Shown here: piece after piece, positions 1-31,442 of the stretch | Layout of the letters: every line of letters begins with the position of its first letter | Position numbering within the stretch: the stretch's first letter is position 1 | Assembly: GCF_964204865.1 (NCBI RefSeq) | Contig: NC_135256.1 | Span: 11,284,001-11,348,000 of the forward strand | Direction of reading: 5' to 3' | DNA: 64,000 nucleotides | Source of the DNA: Styela clava | Taxonomy: Eukaryota | Notes under the pieces: generated by a model | Seen by the model: only the letters and a program-made list of their open reading frames with translations | Database searches by the model: none | What the model was told of the DNA's origin: nothing | Made by a program: the position numbers and the translations under genes

Positions 1-3000
1 GTTGTTTTAAATTCGACAACGGAAAAGCATTTTCGTTTACTTGAGGAATACGTTGATCATCCAACCATAAATGTAGTAAAGAATTACTCAAATCAGCAAG
101 GGCCGTGGTTGGAACCTAAAAAGATACATGTAGGATTTGTTACGATACATATTCGAGCACTGGCGTTGGTGCCTATTATTCCATCCCAATGTGCTGCGAG
201 ATTTCAACATCTAACGTGATTTCCAGAATTCGCGTCGTCCATGTCAAATGGAATAGAATAATATGACGAACAGGAGCAATCGGTCTTATATAGATCACAA
301 ATTCATTGCTTGTTAGTTTCAACTTTTGACATACCGTTACATTTTATAAAATTATACTCAAATTGTATGAGTCGTGCATGTACCCGTGAAAGAGATGTTT
401 ATGAATAGACAGACGGGCATGAAACATCCAGTATGAGTACTGGCTGTTATATTATTAACATTCAGCAGCATATTACCCTACTCTGCCCTCCTCATCAAAC
501 AGAATACTGTGGCAGAAAATTGTAATTGTGACTGGCATACCTTCGTGAGCCGATTAAAACTCAAATCAAGATGCGTGACAACTGGGAGATTGAAAAAGGC
601 GTCATTTTCTATTTCAGATAGCAAATTGTGATCCAGCATTATTTGTTTAAGTCTCAACAAGCCGACAAAATCGTCCGACAATATTGTGGAAAGACGGTTG
701 TTTGACAATATCAAGATTTCCGTTGAGTCAGGAATGCAAGACCTACAAACGAAAAAAAAAATTATAATAATATCTTTGGATCTTTCATCGAGACACTAAT
801 CATATGACAAAAATAATATTATGGGGAAGTAAAAAGCTGAAAAAATTGGCTCTACAGTATTATGAGAACTTGCTCACTACTGCTACTTATATTTTCCAAT
901 CATTGCTGTTTATCAACAAGTGCTCACGATATGAAAGAAAGATGGGCCATTGTATATATTCAATTTGTTTATAAAGTTGGGTCACAATTTTAAAAATTTA
1001 GATAATCAACGTATGTAAAAATATTGATATGCACTGAATGAAAAAGCAACGTTATAGCAACCTGGGTAGTGATCTCAAATTTTGACTTGAGCAATTGGTA
1101 ATATGAGCATTTTGGTCGAAAGTGCATTCTTGGTCACAATATTCTGGCAATTCCGTTGTTGTTAATGGGGCGGTAGATGACGAAACACACACAAGATCAG
1201 AGGAATGTATTTCTGAAATTTCCCAGCTTTTATACATCTGTGGCTCCGTGCATGTAATAGAAACAAAGTAATCGTCAAGATTCTGTGATCCATCTTCCAT
1301 CCATTGTTTGTATTCTAGTGCGCCACAGTCACATACCCACGGATTATCTTGCAAGTTAATGGATTTGACCTCATTCGGATTTATGGACGAAAACCACTGT
1401 GAATCAGGTTGTGTCAAATTGTTGTTGGACAGATCAATAACTTCAAGATTCACCAGGTCTGCAAACGTCAGTGAACCTAAGTTTGTTATTTTCCCACCAG
1501 ATAGCTTCAGAGTTTCTAGCTTTGTTAAATTCTTAAATGCTATTTCGGACACTGTACTTAGACTTTGGGTATCACTCAGCTGAAGCTGTACAAGATTCTT
1601 CAGCTGTGAAAAATTTTCGCTAATTTGAATGATAGGATTCCGGTCCAAAACTAAATAACCGAGCTTTGAGTTGCTTTTGAGAGCTTCGATGGGAATGTTT
1701 TCAAAATTGCAGTCATTCATAATCAAGCCCATCAAATTACTCAAATGAGATATAAATGAATTTTCCGGAATTTGCGATACTGGCGTATGGGATAAATACA
1801 ATGTTTCCATATTAGGCAGAAACGGCTCGATATTGTCATTCCGAACTGGAATTTCAGAAAATAGGTTATCATTCAGGCTTAAAGTTTGAAGACTTTCTAG
1901 TTCCGCAAAGGAATTCACAGGGATATCTCTCAAAAGATTGTAGCCAAGATCCAAAGTAAGCAGTTTACTTTTATTGTAAGATTGAAACTCGTCAATCATA
2001 TCCTGCGAAAAAGCAAGATTTCCAATGTTTGATATGTAACTGCCAGCTAATCGTAAAACTCTCAAATTCGGAAGCCCGACAAAACTGCCGTTTTCTAGGT
2101 CTGTATTATAACCACTTTCCATTTTGAGAATTTCAATACTGTTAGAGAACAAAAACTGCTTATGAATAACAGAGAAGCTGTTACCTCCAAGATCGAGATA
2201 TATCAATTTTGTATTGGTTTCGAGTAAATTAGGAGGGATTGTAGTAAGATAGTTGTCATTGAGATAGAGGTATGCCAGATTTGTCAGATTTACAAAACTG
2301 TCTTCATTAACTGCGTTGATGCGATTGGCTCCCAAATTCAGGTAAACCAACTGTGCTAGACCGTCGAACATGGGTTGTTGTAATGATGTCATCGCGTTTT
2401 TTGACATTTCCAATATTTGAAGAGATTCCGAATCTACGAAAGATTCATTAGAGATGTCCACAATATGGTTATCATCAAGCCTTAATTCTGTTAGTCGTTT
2501 TAAGAATGAAAACCACGTAGAACCAATAGTTCCTCCAAGGCTATTCCTATTTAGATGTATCTGTTCGAGTGAATCCGAATTTGCAAAGTTGTTGTTTTCA
2601 ATAGAAGTAATTTCATTATCACTTGCGATAAATATACGCAATTTCGAAAGATTGATAAAATCCTGCTGTTTAAGGTTAGTCAGTTTATTGTAGGCTAAGT
2701 TGAGATGTTCTGTTGAATTAGGCACGACTGGAAATTCTGTCATGTCTGACAATGTGCAATCTGTCATCGTAGATGCGGCTCGAGAGGCTGAAAGTTTCCT
2801 TTCAGATTTTGCCATGTGGTCTATGATATCAAATGAATGTGCAGAGTTTTCCGTGGAGTCAGTTACTTTTATCTTTGAGTATTCTTTCTGTGTTAGATCA
2901 TATAGCATAGTCAATCTTGATGTAGGAGTCAATGCTGTATATTTTGTAGTAGTGGAATCAATACATATGCAAGTCGAGGGACATTCACCGAAGTCGCACG

Positions 3001-5539
3001 TGATCTCGCCTTCTTGAAGATTTGTGATAATATCACCTTTTTGTTTTCTAGGTTGGTTACATTCTACGTCATCGATTGACTCAATATTACTATAGTCTTG
3101 GGATTCAGTCCATTCCCAATACTGTTCCGATTCACAGTCGCAATTCCACGGATTATTATCCAATTTAACTTCTGTTAATGGTTTACCTGTTGATAATGTA
3201 ATTGTCATTAGCGAAAGTATCAAAGTAATTGAAGCTAACTAATCAAACAATTGAAATCCTATCGACTACTAAACATCGTTTACTTTCTTATCGTGTCAGA
3301 AAAAAATTCAATTTTTAATGATAATAATATTACACGAAATTTGGGAGGGATGATTTATGAGAGTTTTTTTAATATAATCATACCATATTCGCGACCATGC
3401 CGTTGTTAATTATTAACTTTCTTTTGTTTGTTTTTGCTACAAATTTATACTTCAACACGTTTTCAACTTTATTTTGTTAATCTCAGCATTTTTCATCTGA
3501 TTTCAATATTCATAATCAAATAATTCTTGGATTCGCTTTTTGTCAACTAATTTGGAAATAATTTAAGCCTATAAATAGCAATTTTCGATTTATTGAACTT
3601 GTTATTCCGAGTTTTGTTTTACCTTGAAACCACTGGCTGTTCAGAGTCGTCAATAGATTGTTAGAAATATCCAGTACGGCCAAATTCGTCTGTTTGTTGA
3701 ATGCATTCTCTGATATGTTAGTGATCTTGTTATCGTTTAGACGTAATATTATCAGATTGAGATCGTGAAAGGAGTTTTCGTCAATATCAATTACGTCAGA
3801 ATACGACAATTCAACTTCCTGCAAGTTCAATAGGCTTGGAATTGCACCCTTGCCGATTCTGCAGAAAATATAGCATGTGGTAAATATTGCGAAAAATCAT
3901 ACATCATCGGTGCCGCGGAAAGAACATATATATAACAAGTAACATATATGCAATACATTTAAATGCTCACATCTATCAGGTATTTATTGGACATCCAAGC
4001 GTATGCAGTACCTAAAGCTATCATGCCATGGCATGGCTATAAATATTTAAAACATTTGACACTTGACATTTTTTTAAAAACGAATTATTTCTTTTCACCA
4101 TGCTTAAAAGAGTCTTGGATGAATCACTCTGTAAACAAATATAAATACCGTCGGGAGATCGTCATGTATCGCTAGAAATTCTATATGATGGGCAACTATG
4201 CAAGGTGGAAATAAATAATCATTCCCCTTTCGGACGACGATAAAAAGTATATTGTCACGCTATTTGCGCTATCGCATGTTATCCAACTAAAAATACAATA
4301 AAGTATTTCAAACCTTGAAATTTTGTTTCCAACGATGGTCATCGTTTTTAAGCTGGTTAGGTGGCTCAAAGCCTCTGTGGGCAAATCTGTCAGTTGATTA
4401 TAAGAAATTGATAAATGTTCCAACTTTTTCAAATTTTTGAAAAACGAATCACCACTGATGGAAACTAAATTTCCATTTTTCAGAGACAGAGTGGTCAAAT
4501 TTGCGAGATATGTTTCATCATACAGTGAAGTTAAATTTCCTATTTCAAGTGCGTAGTAACTCATATGGAGATGTTCGAGTGACTTGCTAATTGGTGAAAA
4601 TGCTGCATGTGGGAAAGTTTGGATGGGATTATACAGTAAATAAAGACTTGATAATTTTGGATTTCCAACAAAGCTACGAGGAAATAACGTCAAAAGCGAG
4701 TTTGCCGAAAGATCCATCGATTTCAGATTAGGGAGTCCTGCCAGGCTTCCGCCAACGATGCTCTGTATCCTACAAAAAGACATATCCAAAGTCTGTAGAT
4801 TGGGAAGATCAATTGCTGGTGAATTCGGACCTCCAATAATTGTAATTCGGGTATTGTAGCTCACGTTCAGATTTTGAAGGCTGTTTTTCACCAACTGTAA
4901 AGCATCCATGGGTATCTGATATAACATATTGCCAGCCAAACTAAGAGATTTAAGATTCGTCAGGCCGGCAAAGGATTCGTTTGCCACTGGTGAAAACAAT
5001 ATGTTGAAGTCCAGCCTCAGACTATCCAAGGATGACAAAGGGGAAAACGCACTTGCTGAAATTAAGTTTACTGTGTTATATTGGAACTCGAGGGTTTTCA
5101 GGTTCGTTAATCCATAAAACATATTCATCCGCATGACACGAAGGGAGTTATAGTTCATTTTCAATGTTGTAAGTGAGTTCATATCTGAAAAGGACTCTCG
5201 CTGTATATTCGATATTGAGTTATGGTTCATGTCTAGATTTTCCATATTTTCTAATCCTTTAAAGTCGCTGGTTCGGATTGTAGTTATTTCATTGTAGCTC
5301 AGATCTAACTCCCTTGTTTCATAAGGAATAGAGGATGGTACCACGTCATATTTTGTATCTTTACAATCGATTGTATTGTCACTGCCGTAGCAAGTACAAG
5401 CACCAAGACAACGTTCACCATCTTCAATGTACGGTACATTCCTACTGCTTCCATTATTGTGCAATTCAATAACTTCTAAAGCATTGGATGAACTAGATTC
5501 CCACCATGAAACGAGAAGGCTTAGATAAATCAATTTCAT
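1..5539 (-). CDS. Multi-exon leucine-rich-repeat protein (signal peptide + repeated LRRNT-LRR-LRRCT modules; Slit-like/Toll-ectodomain-like), 3' end beyond the window
   Basis: ORFs 4196-5539, 3543-3830, 1052-3223 and 478-714 are all LxxLxLxxN repeats. N-terminal hydrophobic signal, LRRNT (CLGACTC, CPSTCIC) and LRRCT (NPWNCDC, NPWVCDC). GT-AG-bounded exons at about 5539-4314, 3859-3623, 3186-1062, 742-541 and ~115-1 (VPTTALADLSNSLLHLWLDDQ...) join in frame. Confidence 0.88.
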
Positions 5540-5772
5540 GATTTCTAAAGAAATATAATTTATCTGTGATATAAAAGAACGTAAGCGAGACTACATGTCT
5601 GTAGCAATGGGTGTAATGAACATGGCACTTTCTCTAACCAACCACGAGAGTAAATTAGTATAAAATACTGTATAAACAAATATCAAAACTTTAACTAATA
5701 TATATTTCTATTCACGGTAAAAGGTTAATCGATACCAAATGTATAGTGATATATATTGTCTTACATCTAAGG

Positions 5773-6240
5773 CAGGGGTCGGCAACCTTTTGTCACTCGC
5801 GGGCCAAAATTAAGGGTTGCAAGTCATTGGGCACACATATTTCTAGGAAGTTGAAAACCGAACGGATAATTCTTTTTATAATAAAAAACAAGCAGTGATA
5901 CATCTTTCGATTATAATATAGATTTATTCCCTCATTGCATTGCATCTCAAAAAATTTCATTTGAATATTCCGGCGCCATTGAACCCTTTGCACTTAGTAT
6001 CAACTTTTCTGCTTTTCGTTGCCATTTTGTTTAATTATAATTAAATTATAGGCTTATTAAACGAGTAATTGTGAATTTTATACTTGTTAGATTATAATAT
6101 AATTTAGTCTACACGTGTCTCACAATAAATTCTGTTACGTAAAGAACATAATGTTAAAACAGCTGCTTTGTTACTATAATTCAGTGAAGCGCCGCGGGTC
6201 GGATTATATTATTCCGCGGGCCGTAGGTTGTCGCCCCCTG
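5773..6240. mobile_element. hAT-type MITE
   Basis: TIRs CAGGGGTCGGCAACCT / AGGTTGTCGCCCCCTG; perfect 8-bp TSD ATCTAAGG (5765-5772, 6241-6248). Confidence 0.9.
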
Positions 6241-8762
6241 ATCTAAGGGAATCAAGCTATCTCCAGATACTGCTATTATCAATTTATTTTTAGATAGCAG
6301 AACGATCTGAAACTATACCAAAATGTGCACATAATCACGCTGTAAACAGCGGAGTCGTGTTATCTGCTGGCGACAAGAAGTCACAATCAGGAGAGCTGAA
6401 AGCAGAATGTTTACGCTTGTCGCCAAAGTTTTGCGACCGCTACCCCGCTAAATAATAAATGCTATATCTATAGTAGGCGGGTTGGGGCATGCCATTGGTT
6501 CCGTCGGAATTGAATTTTGTACAAATATACCCAATGTACTGCCTTGTAATATACATATCTGTTATGCAGCTCAAAGTAAAATGGTCAACCCTACGATACA
6601 ACAATTATTATAATATACTGGACTTTGACTACTACTTTGGTATACTTAAACTAAGCGGAAAATGTTTGTATTCGAAATTCAAATGTCCTCAACAGATAAC
6701 AGAACAGTTTATTCAGACTCATCGTCACCCACAAGCAAATTATGAGAAACTAGCCGTAAAAAACTCATTCTAAGCAAACATGTCGGCATTTTTGAATCAC
6801 GTCGCAACTATTTGGAATTGAGATAATATTATATCCGTCGCAACCCTCAAATTCTCTAATACAGGTGGAATATTTAAATCACCTAACAGTTACTCGAACA
6901 AAACAAAACGTAAGTGCAAATGCTCCTTACAGTACACCAGATATTCTAAATTAAATCTTATATTTAAATAAATCTTTAGTCATGCTTAACATAACATTGA
7001 CAGAGCCTTATCACATACTAAACCAAAGACGTAACATAAGTCCTTGCCTTGATTTAATACAAATATTTACAATATATTTACCGTTCAGAGCAGAAGCGTT
7101 TTCAATAAATAAAAGTTTACACTGTTAAAAAAATCTGCACTGTTAGTCAGCTTTCGTAGTCTGATAAATAACGACATTCTCCCATTACACTAGTAGATGA
7201 CGGTTAGCATTGATTCGATAAATACGTGACAACGTTCTAATTTGACGTTCAAGTGTAAAGATTGAATTTGCATCGCATTATGAGTTTTTACGCAATTTAC
7301 CATTACGAATTTGTTTTAAATTGTTCATACTAATGAGACAGATAAGAAAGACGGGACGGGATGTTACGACTCTTGCTATGACGTTATATGTCTGTAAGAG
7401 AGCACATGGCAACAGCACGGAACAAGTTTGCACATGATCTGATTAATGTAAATATAATTACATGAGTGTAGTAGCCTACACGCCCCGTTCACATCCTCCA
7501 TAGGTTGAGCTAATTTTGGCATTAGTTTAATATGTCAACCAAAATAAAGAATCCGAGAGCTCTAAAATTGTTTCCTCGTTTTTAAAAATTAAATAGCATT
7601 ATTCCAAATATGTAAATACATATATATCAAGTGGAAATTTTAGATTATAATAATGCAATCGCGCTTCAATTGTAGTCAGAAAGAAACGCCACTTGATGGG
7701 CTATGGACGATATTGACAAATTCAGAAATAACGAGAATTAACCCATATCGCTAATTGCAATTTGATTCGGCCAAGTAGGCTATGTCATATATTTGAGTTT
7801 TGCTTGCGCATAGGTGAAATCTTGAATAGAAACATATCTTCTGCCATACCGGAAATTGAAATCTCGTGGGACGTCGCAGATTCAGTACTGGAGCACTTGG
7901 AAATTCTGGATGGTACCGAAATGTATTCTCTGGTATTCCGTAATGAATGGAATTTTGCAATATGTAATCTCAAACGTTGTTTAATATTCCCGTGCAATGC
8001 AAAAATAAGAAGTTACGAAGAAATCACCTAAAACGGAATTTCGACAACAAGAGCGAGATTTATTTTTATTAGTGGCAGTAGCCTATTTTCATTGGACTCG
8101 AAGTGGACCTATGGATCGTTTATTGTTGTTCTTGTTGGTATTGTTCTTTTCATTGTTACCGTATGGAAAAAATCGCTACTGCATCAATTGCTTCGAAATA
8201 TGTATTTTTCGATAGAAGGCAATCACTCCTATTTATTTCAAAACTCTCTGTGGGCTCTATGTGATTCGTTTTTCACTTTGAAAATTTGTGTGATGACCTC
8301 TTGACAATTAATACAAATTATTTGTAGAGGTGCCTCGGAGTCAAAGGTTTTTGACGGTACCGGTACTGTAAATGGTTAGAAAAACTACTGCTTCCCCTCG
8401 GTCTTCGTTGAGAGTTTCTCATTTTAATAGCACAATGAATACTACTCATCATTGGTACCAACTTTAACACTGTTAAAAAGCGTCAGTCGTGAAACGTTCA
8501 AATAGCAGTTCACCGTTACTTCGATACTGTTGAAAATCCCAATCGTTTAAAGTTCAAATTGCATTTCGCCGTAACTTCAATACTGTTAAAAAGTGTCAGT
8601 CGTTAAACGCTTAAATTGCATAGCCTTCTGAGGAACTTTAGTTTAGCTGCAATGATCAGAAAATTAGTCCCGAAAAAGATGCGAAAGACTAGATATAAAT
8701 AAGCCATCAGTACCTGTAGGCGGCAGGTGATTGAATATTTTAATAAAACTGATGGTTTGAAC

Positions 8763-9428
8763 CAGAGTTGGATCAATTACATTAATTAAGTTCAATTACA
8801 ATTGCAGTTATGCGCTTAAATATTTCAATTACATTACAATTACTCCGTGCAACAAATATCAAATTACAATTACTTTACAATTACAAATATATAGTTTAAC
8901 AAAACGTAGCAAGAATTTACAGATTCAAACCAGACAGCCAGTGCTCCCATGGATTCAGCCTATTTTATCACAGCTATTTCTTGACTAATTTTTGATTACT
9001 ACTATTGATTGAACTACAACTCCTAAGAAGGCAATATGATGATTCACTTATTTGATTCAAACTTAAATTTCCGACACACCATTAAATACTAACGAATAGA
9101 ATTCGAAATCTTAAAATAAGGTATTGTTTTACGTCATTTTTTCGCATCTTGTTGATTGACTAATGTTACGAAATAAAAAAGGAAGGCGATTCTCGGATAA
9201 CGCCACTTGAAAAAATATTTCGCCCTTTTTCGTCTTATTGCGGACCAGATGAAAGGAGGCCGTAGTTTGGTGACCCCTGGTGTAATTGAAAGTGTAATTG
9301 AGACAAAAATTTTCAGAAAATTACATTTACAATTACACAGAATGAAAATGCCTCAATTATATTACAATTATATGAAAAACTGTAATTATTATTTACATCA
9401 ATTACAAATTACAATTGATCCAACTCTG
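8763..9428. mobile_element. hAT-type MITE with AATTAC subterminal repeats
   Basis: TIR CAGAGTTGGATCAATT / AATTGATCCAACTCTG; 8-bp TSD GTTTGAAC/GTTGGAAC (1 mismatch). Confidence 0.85.
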
Positions 9429-10365
9429 GTTGGAACATTAACTCTCTAAAACACTCTCAAAATAAGTCTCAAAAGTTTTGTAGTAGTAAAGTATTGAGAC
9501 TATTTTCCTGGGGTCAAGGGTCGGGGAAACATCAATACTTTATCATACTTTGTAATGATAAATACAACATTTTCAACTTTGATTTTCAGAGTGTTTTGGA
9601 GAGTTGGCGCTTCCAAACTGGTTTACAAGTTCAAAACAATCAGTTTTATTACAATGGTCGCCGCTTACAGGTACTGATAGCTTATTTTTACCTAGTCTAT
9701 CGCATCGTTTGTGGTATTAATTTTGGATTATTGTAACTAGGGTCCCCAGAAGACATAATGACAGCGATTCCAGTGATTACGTCATTATTAACTTATTGCC
9801 GATTGGGCCCCTTGTTACGAAAATAAATAAGGAAATTGATGATCGGGAAAACATAAATTACTGTACCCAAAAATATATTCTGCTTTCCAGTTTCCACTTA
9901 GTTTCTCCGCTAGGTGGCGTCGACGGGGCGTAAATTTTTGAAGAATAAAGAATCGCCAAGATATCAATTTTGATACAAAAGCGAAAAAGTGAAGTCGGCC
10001 AGCTGGGTAGGTCGCCTGTTTTTCAAAGATACCCAGCCTGCCAGTTCCGTTATTTTTTATTGAAGTGACTGACTTTTGGCTTTCTTAACTACCGGACTCT
10101 AAGCAATTAGACTACAATCTGACAACAATGGCAGAAAGTTGATGCTACCGGTGTCAGATGCTCGCTAGTAATACTGTAATAACTGCATAACATGAATACC
10201 GTATCTGATTATTCGGAAAATATTGGCTTCACTTTAATATACCTGTATTCAGTTATTGTTTTATTATTAACAACCTTTTCTTCCCTCTGGGATAAATATG
10301 TGTGTAACACCTTATTTTCAAGTTTATATTTATAGTAAAATAGATTTTATGTAAATTGAATTTCA

Positions 10366-27136
<16,771 letters not shown>

Positions 27137-28699
27137 CTTTATTTTTATCGTCCCATTCCATTATTGAACTATGTCTTGCACCGATAACTTTATTCTAACT
27201 AGGATATCAGAAGTATATATTCTTAATAACATTCTTTTTTATTAATTCTTAGAATCAGCATAAAGAAATATTACCATTTATCATCACACATTTGGTAGCA
27301 AGGAAAAACAACTAATTCCTCGTTTTTATTTTATGGAAGTTGCAATACTTTTATTCATATTTATTATAAATGTATTGTTTGATTTTGAGGTTTTAACTTG
27401 AGAATAATCATCTTGCAAGCAATAATAAATGAAATTACTTGTCTAACATGAATCTTTTTCGATTGGGTAGCTAAGGAACATTTGTTTTGTAAAACAGACC
27501 TGGTAAACTATTCTCATTGTAGAATTGTGAGAAATGACACGGACAAGACTAAATTACTAACACAACAATGAGCAAATGTGTAAACCAATTTTTTAAAACA
27601 GGGATATGAGAATTCCCAAAACCGCTCCAATGGAAAAAATATTGTTCGGAAGAGCACAATCATCAAAGCGGATAAGGGGAGTGTTGTTCCTAATTGAGGT
27701 ACCAGATTCACCCTTTTATTGAGTATTCAGGGGAGTCTGTTAGGGTTACTCTCAGAAGACAGCCTTCATAAGTAACATTAACATTGCAAACAATTATCTC
27801 TGCTCTTCATAATCATTAATCTCCACTAGAAATTAGGCCTCTCATACCACTCCCTCAAATTGAAGTTGATTGGGACTTAACTCGTCATAATGCTTCATTC
27901 GCATTTCTTAAGAGTCGATCCATAAAATAGAGTCATAGTGAAACATCTCAAACTCTTCTGTCCAAAGAAGGCTCCAAACTAGCAAGATGTGCATAGATGA
28001 AGGGTATGATGACAACAGCCTCCTCTACCATTCTCAAAACTATTATTGAATATTTTTGAGAGACATGTGGTGCTGAAACGCTCATCTAAAAACATTGTTA
28101 AGATCAGTACAAAGATTGTTAACGAAATAAATTTTATTCATTATATGGCAATGTGAAGTTTCCACTGGGAAAAATTAAAGACTACATGCTGTTACACTTT
28201 TCTGCTCGTGCAAGTTATCTCTTTCCCATTACATTCAGCTGATTGGGCTTAGATTGCAATACCACAATTGGCAATATTGAACTGAATTGTTACGGAAATA
28301 CACATGATTAAACTGTGATGATGTAACAATTGGCGGTATCTAAAACACAAGAAAAAAACATAACATGTTAAAGTATGTCATCAAGTTTGGCGGGTCATAT
28401 TAAATCATTGGGCTGAGGTTTGGAAACCAATGCTCAGAAAAGTGACAGCAATAGTTTTTACGTTTCTTCCAAATGTCTTTAAGAAGATTCAGATACGTTG
28501 CTTTGACATATGCCTCTGCTTTTTCTCATTTCACCACATGACCATTTTCCACTGGTATCCAAAAATCAATGGCTTTTTCAATTCGTTGCATAAGACATTA
28601 GTCAATTTAACTAACATCTATTTCACAGTGGTACTAGTCTCACAAAAAGTCTTTTTATATAGTGATCATCAAGGTCGATATACTAATCAGGCTTGCCAT

Positions 28700-31442
28700 T
28701 CAAGTTTCCCCAAGTTCAAGCTTCAATTCTGTAATTTGCTTTTTTAGTTCTTCAATATCCTTTTCAGTTTCTTCCAACTTGAGTTGAGCTCGTGCTGTAG
28801 ATCTCTCTGTGACTTTCAACATTGGCAACAACAGATTGCTGTTCAATTTACAGAGTGCTTGGACATGAACACTTCCATTATATAATCTTGTCATAAAATC
28901 TCCATCTGAAGAGCTACATAAAAAAAAATTATTTACTAAAAAATAAAACGCGATATCTGTAATTAAAGTATCAGTCAAGAATTAACTACTAGGATAGGAT
29001 TCTCATATCTCGGAGAAAGGAAAGTCAATAAAATTGCATAATCATATGGGGAACCACGACTTCTAACTAGTTATCAGTATAAATCAGATATACAAATATT
29101 TAACTATTTATCTGTTTTAGATGCATGGACTTGAGAAGTTGGTTCTACTGAATACAGCTTGTTTATAGAAAACTAAATTTATCACTAACAGAATAATTTG
29201 GCTTTCAATGCGTCGGGCCAAGCTACTTTGGTGTAACTAATCAGCGATCCCATGCTTACAGGCCACACACACAACATCTTATAGTCAATGTGTAATAAAT
29301 TTGGTACAACATACTAAATCAGTAAGATTATGTTCCTTGTTACAAATAGAGTAGCGAACAACATAAATTCACTGCTTGTGTTGAGGAACGAAACAATTTT
29401 CTGAAGGAATCACTGAAGTGTCAAGGGTCCAATATCGAAATGGATAGTCAAACTTAAAATATGATTATTCAAAACAGAGTTGAGTATTCTAAAGTTCACT
29501 GGACACTGTATGTAGTATATTCATGAAATATATTACTATGATGCAATAATAAACAATTCTGCCAACAGCTTTCTCAAACCATTTTTTGATTAGAGTTGAA
29601 ACAAATTTTTCCTCACTTTGCAGCCTCATATGTATCTGTTTCTTCATGCATCAATATTTTCGGTAATTCTTTCAATGCATCCATACAAGCATCACTGATA
29701 GTTCTACATGGTGCAATTGATATTGGGATCTCAACTCTTTCATGCCTGGAAGGACAATAATTTTACATTATGCTTTCCACAAAAGCAGTTTTTCCATATA
29801 GAAACAAAAAAAAATTACTTCATCAAGTTGATGTTATAATCACTCAATGATAAATGCTTAATTCGTCTATAAATTCGGAAAAAAAGAGAAGTAAAATTTT
29901 CACATAAAAATAACTTACGGTGCAGAATCCCAGCCTGATGTTGTTACAGATTGAAAACATGTCAGATGTATAGAATGCTAAAATAGTTTTAAAGCATTGT
30001 AAATACAGTTTCTTGAACTTACTTGTCCTTTTTAATATGCTAAGATAAATTTTGATAAGGCAGAAGTTGATGGAAAAGGCATTATAATTATACCTCCTAC
30101 ATAAGTATAATGTCTTTCTGTAACTCACTTCATTCGATTTTCCTTCATTAAAACATGAAAATATCAATCCAACAAAAGTACCATCCATTGTTTGATAATC
30201 TGCTTGTGTCGCAATATCTAAACAACAGATCAAATATAAGAGAAGCTATTCACAAAAACTTTAAAAAAGAAATGACATACGTAAAGCTAATATACTCACC
30301 AACATGTGAAGGCCAAACAGTAATGTGTGGATGTGAATGATACCAACCAATAATTCGTAAAGGTCGTCCAGTTTTTCTGGCTAGTTCGTATAAATTCGTA
30401 ACAGTTAAGGATATAATAGTATGCTGAAAAGGCATTATTAACACAAAACTATAACAATATTGCAATAGTGGTCTGACATTTCAAAAACATCTAACATTGA
30501 ATTTACATATAAAAATGCAAAAGGATATTTCTGCTTTCGAAGATGCATTGGAAAGTTGTTCAACTGATATTTCAACTCTGTCTTTTCTTTTATCCAATCT
30601 TCGTAATGATAAAGTTGATGTTATATGCACTTCACATCCAAGTATCTGTAAAAGTAAGATATTTTGTAAAAAAATCACAACTATACTACAATCAAGAGAA
30701 AAATAAAGTTAGGACACCAGATCAGTGGGCGTGCAACTGTTTATCGCAATGTGCCAAAATGCAAATTATGGTGCCACTGAGAAGGCAACCGAAAAAATCA
30801 TTAGTTCATGGCAATTCGAAGTTGAGCTTGCAGTGCTCAATTGTAAGCTGGTTACTTGATGCCAAACAAGAGATCATTTTATTCATGATTTTCTAGATCC
30901 GTGTGATTTCCATACATATAGATCTCGTAAAAATCTGTCACATAAAACAACGTCGGAAACACAATGGTGCCAGTAAAAATTAAAAGGCGTTCAAAAAGAA
31001 TGGATAGTACGGTAGCCGGTAAGCCTCTTACAGGCCCTGTAAATAGGTTCCGCTGGGTAGGACAATGGCTCACTACCCCGAGCACAGGCCATAGTTGAGT
31101 TCCACCTGTTGGAAGATGATCATGAACAAGAAGATTGCTTTGATGTAACATATGATGAAGTTGTTAACATAACAATTTGGTTCACAGCTGTCTTGAAATT
31201 CACGTCAATGGTTTTTTTGACAACATAAACATGTGTACTTTATCGAAGGTTATCATGCAATTCATTTTTGCTTGCAGTGTTTTATTACTTGGATTAAAGA
31301 TATAAAAACAAACACCATTCACCGTATCTTTGGTTTCTCCGATACACAAACCCATAATTTCTTCTTGCTCATTAGAAAAAGCATGAGTGAGACAGGAATA
31401 ATATGCATCAGCATTTAAAATTACCATTCTTACTGAGCCCAT
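28700..31442 (-). CDS. BRCC3: Lys-63-specific deubiquitinase BRCC36 (JAMM/MPN+), multi-exon
   Basis: Exon 1 ...CLTHAFSNEQEEIMGLCIGE; RRLDKRKDRVEISVEQL; JAMM motif GWYHSHPHITVWPSHV; DIATQADYQTMDGTFVGLIFSCF; C-terminal coiled coil ending ELGET*. Confidence 0.95.
30388..30528 (-). other. U12-type (minor spliceosome) AT-AC intron in BRCC3
   Basis: Donor ATATCCTTTT, branch box TCCTTAAC (30404-30411), terminal AC; joins SKAE|ELARKTGRP in phase 0. Confidence 0.92.

Noticed and set aside
1308-5117. Plus-strand ORFs overlapping the LRR gene (and similar antisense ORFs over AP2S1, YOD1, BRCC3)
   Set aside because: Antisense shadow frames of real coding exons with no independent protein features.
28460-28600. 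Minus-strand frame with an in-frame TGA (possible selenoprotein)
   Set aside because: No recognisable selenoprotein family or SECIS, and the downstream exon-like blocks do not keep a frame open.
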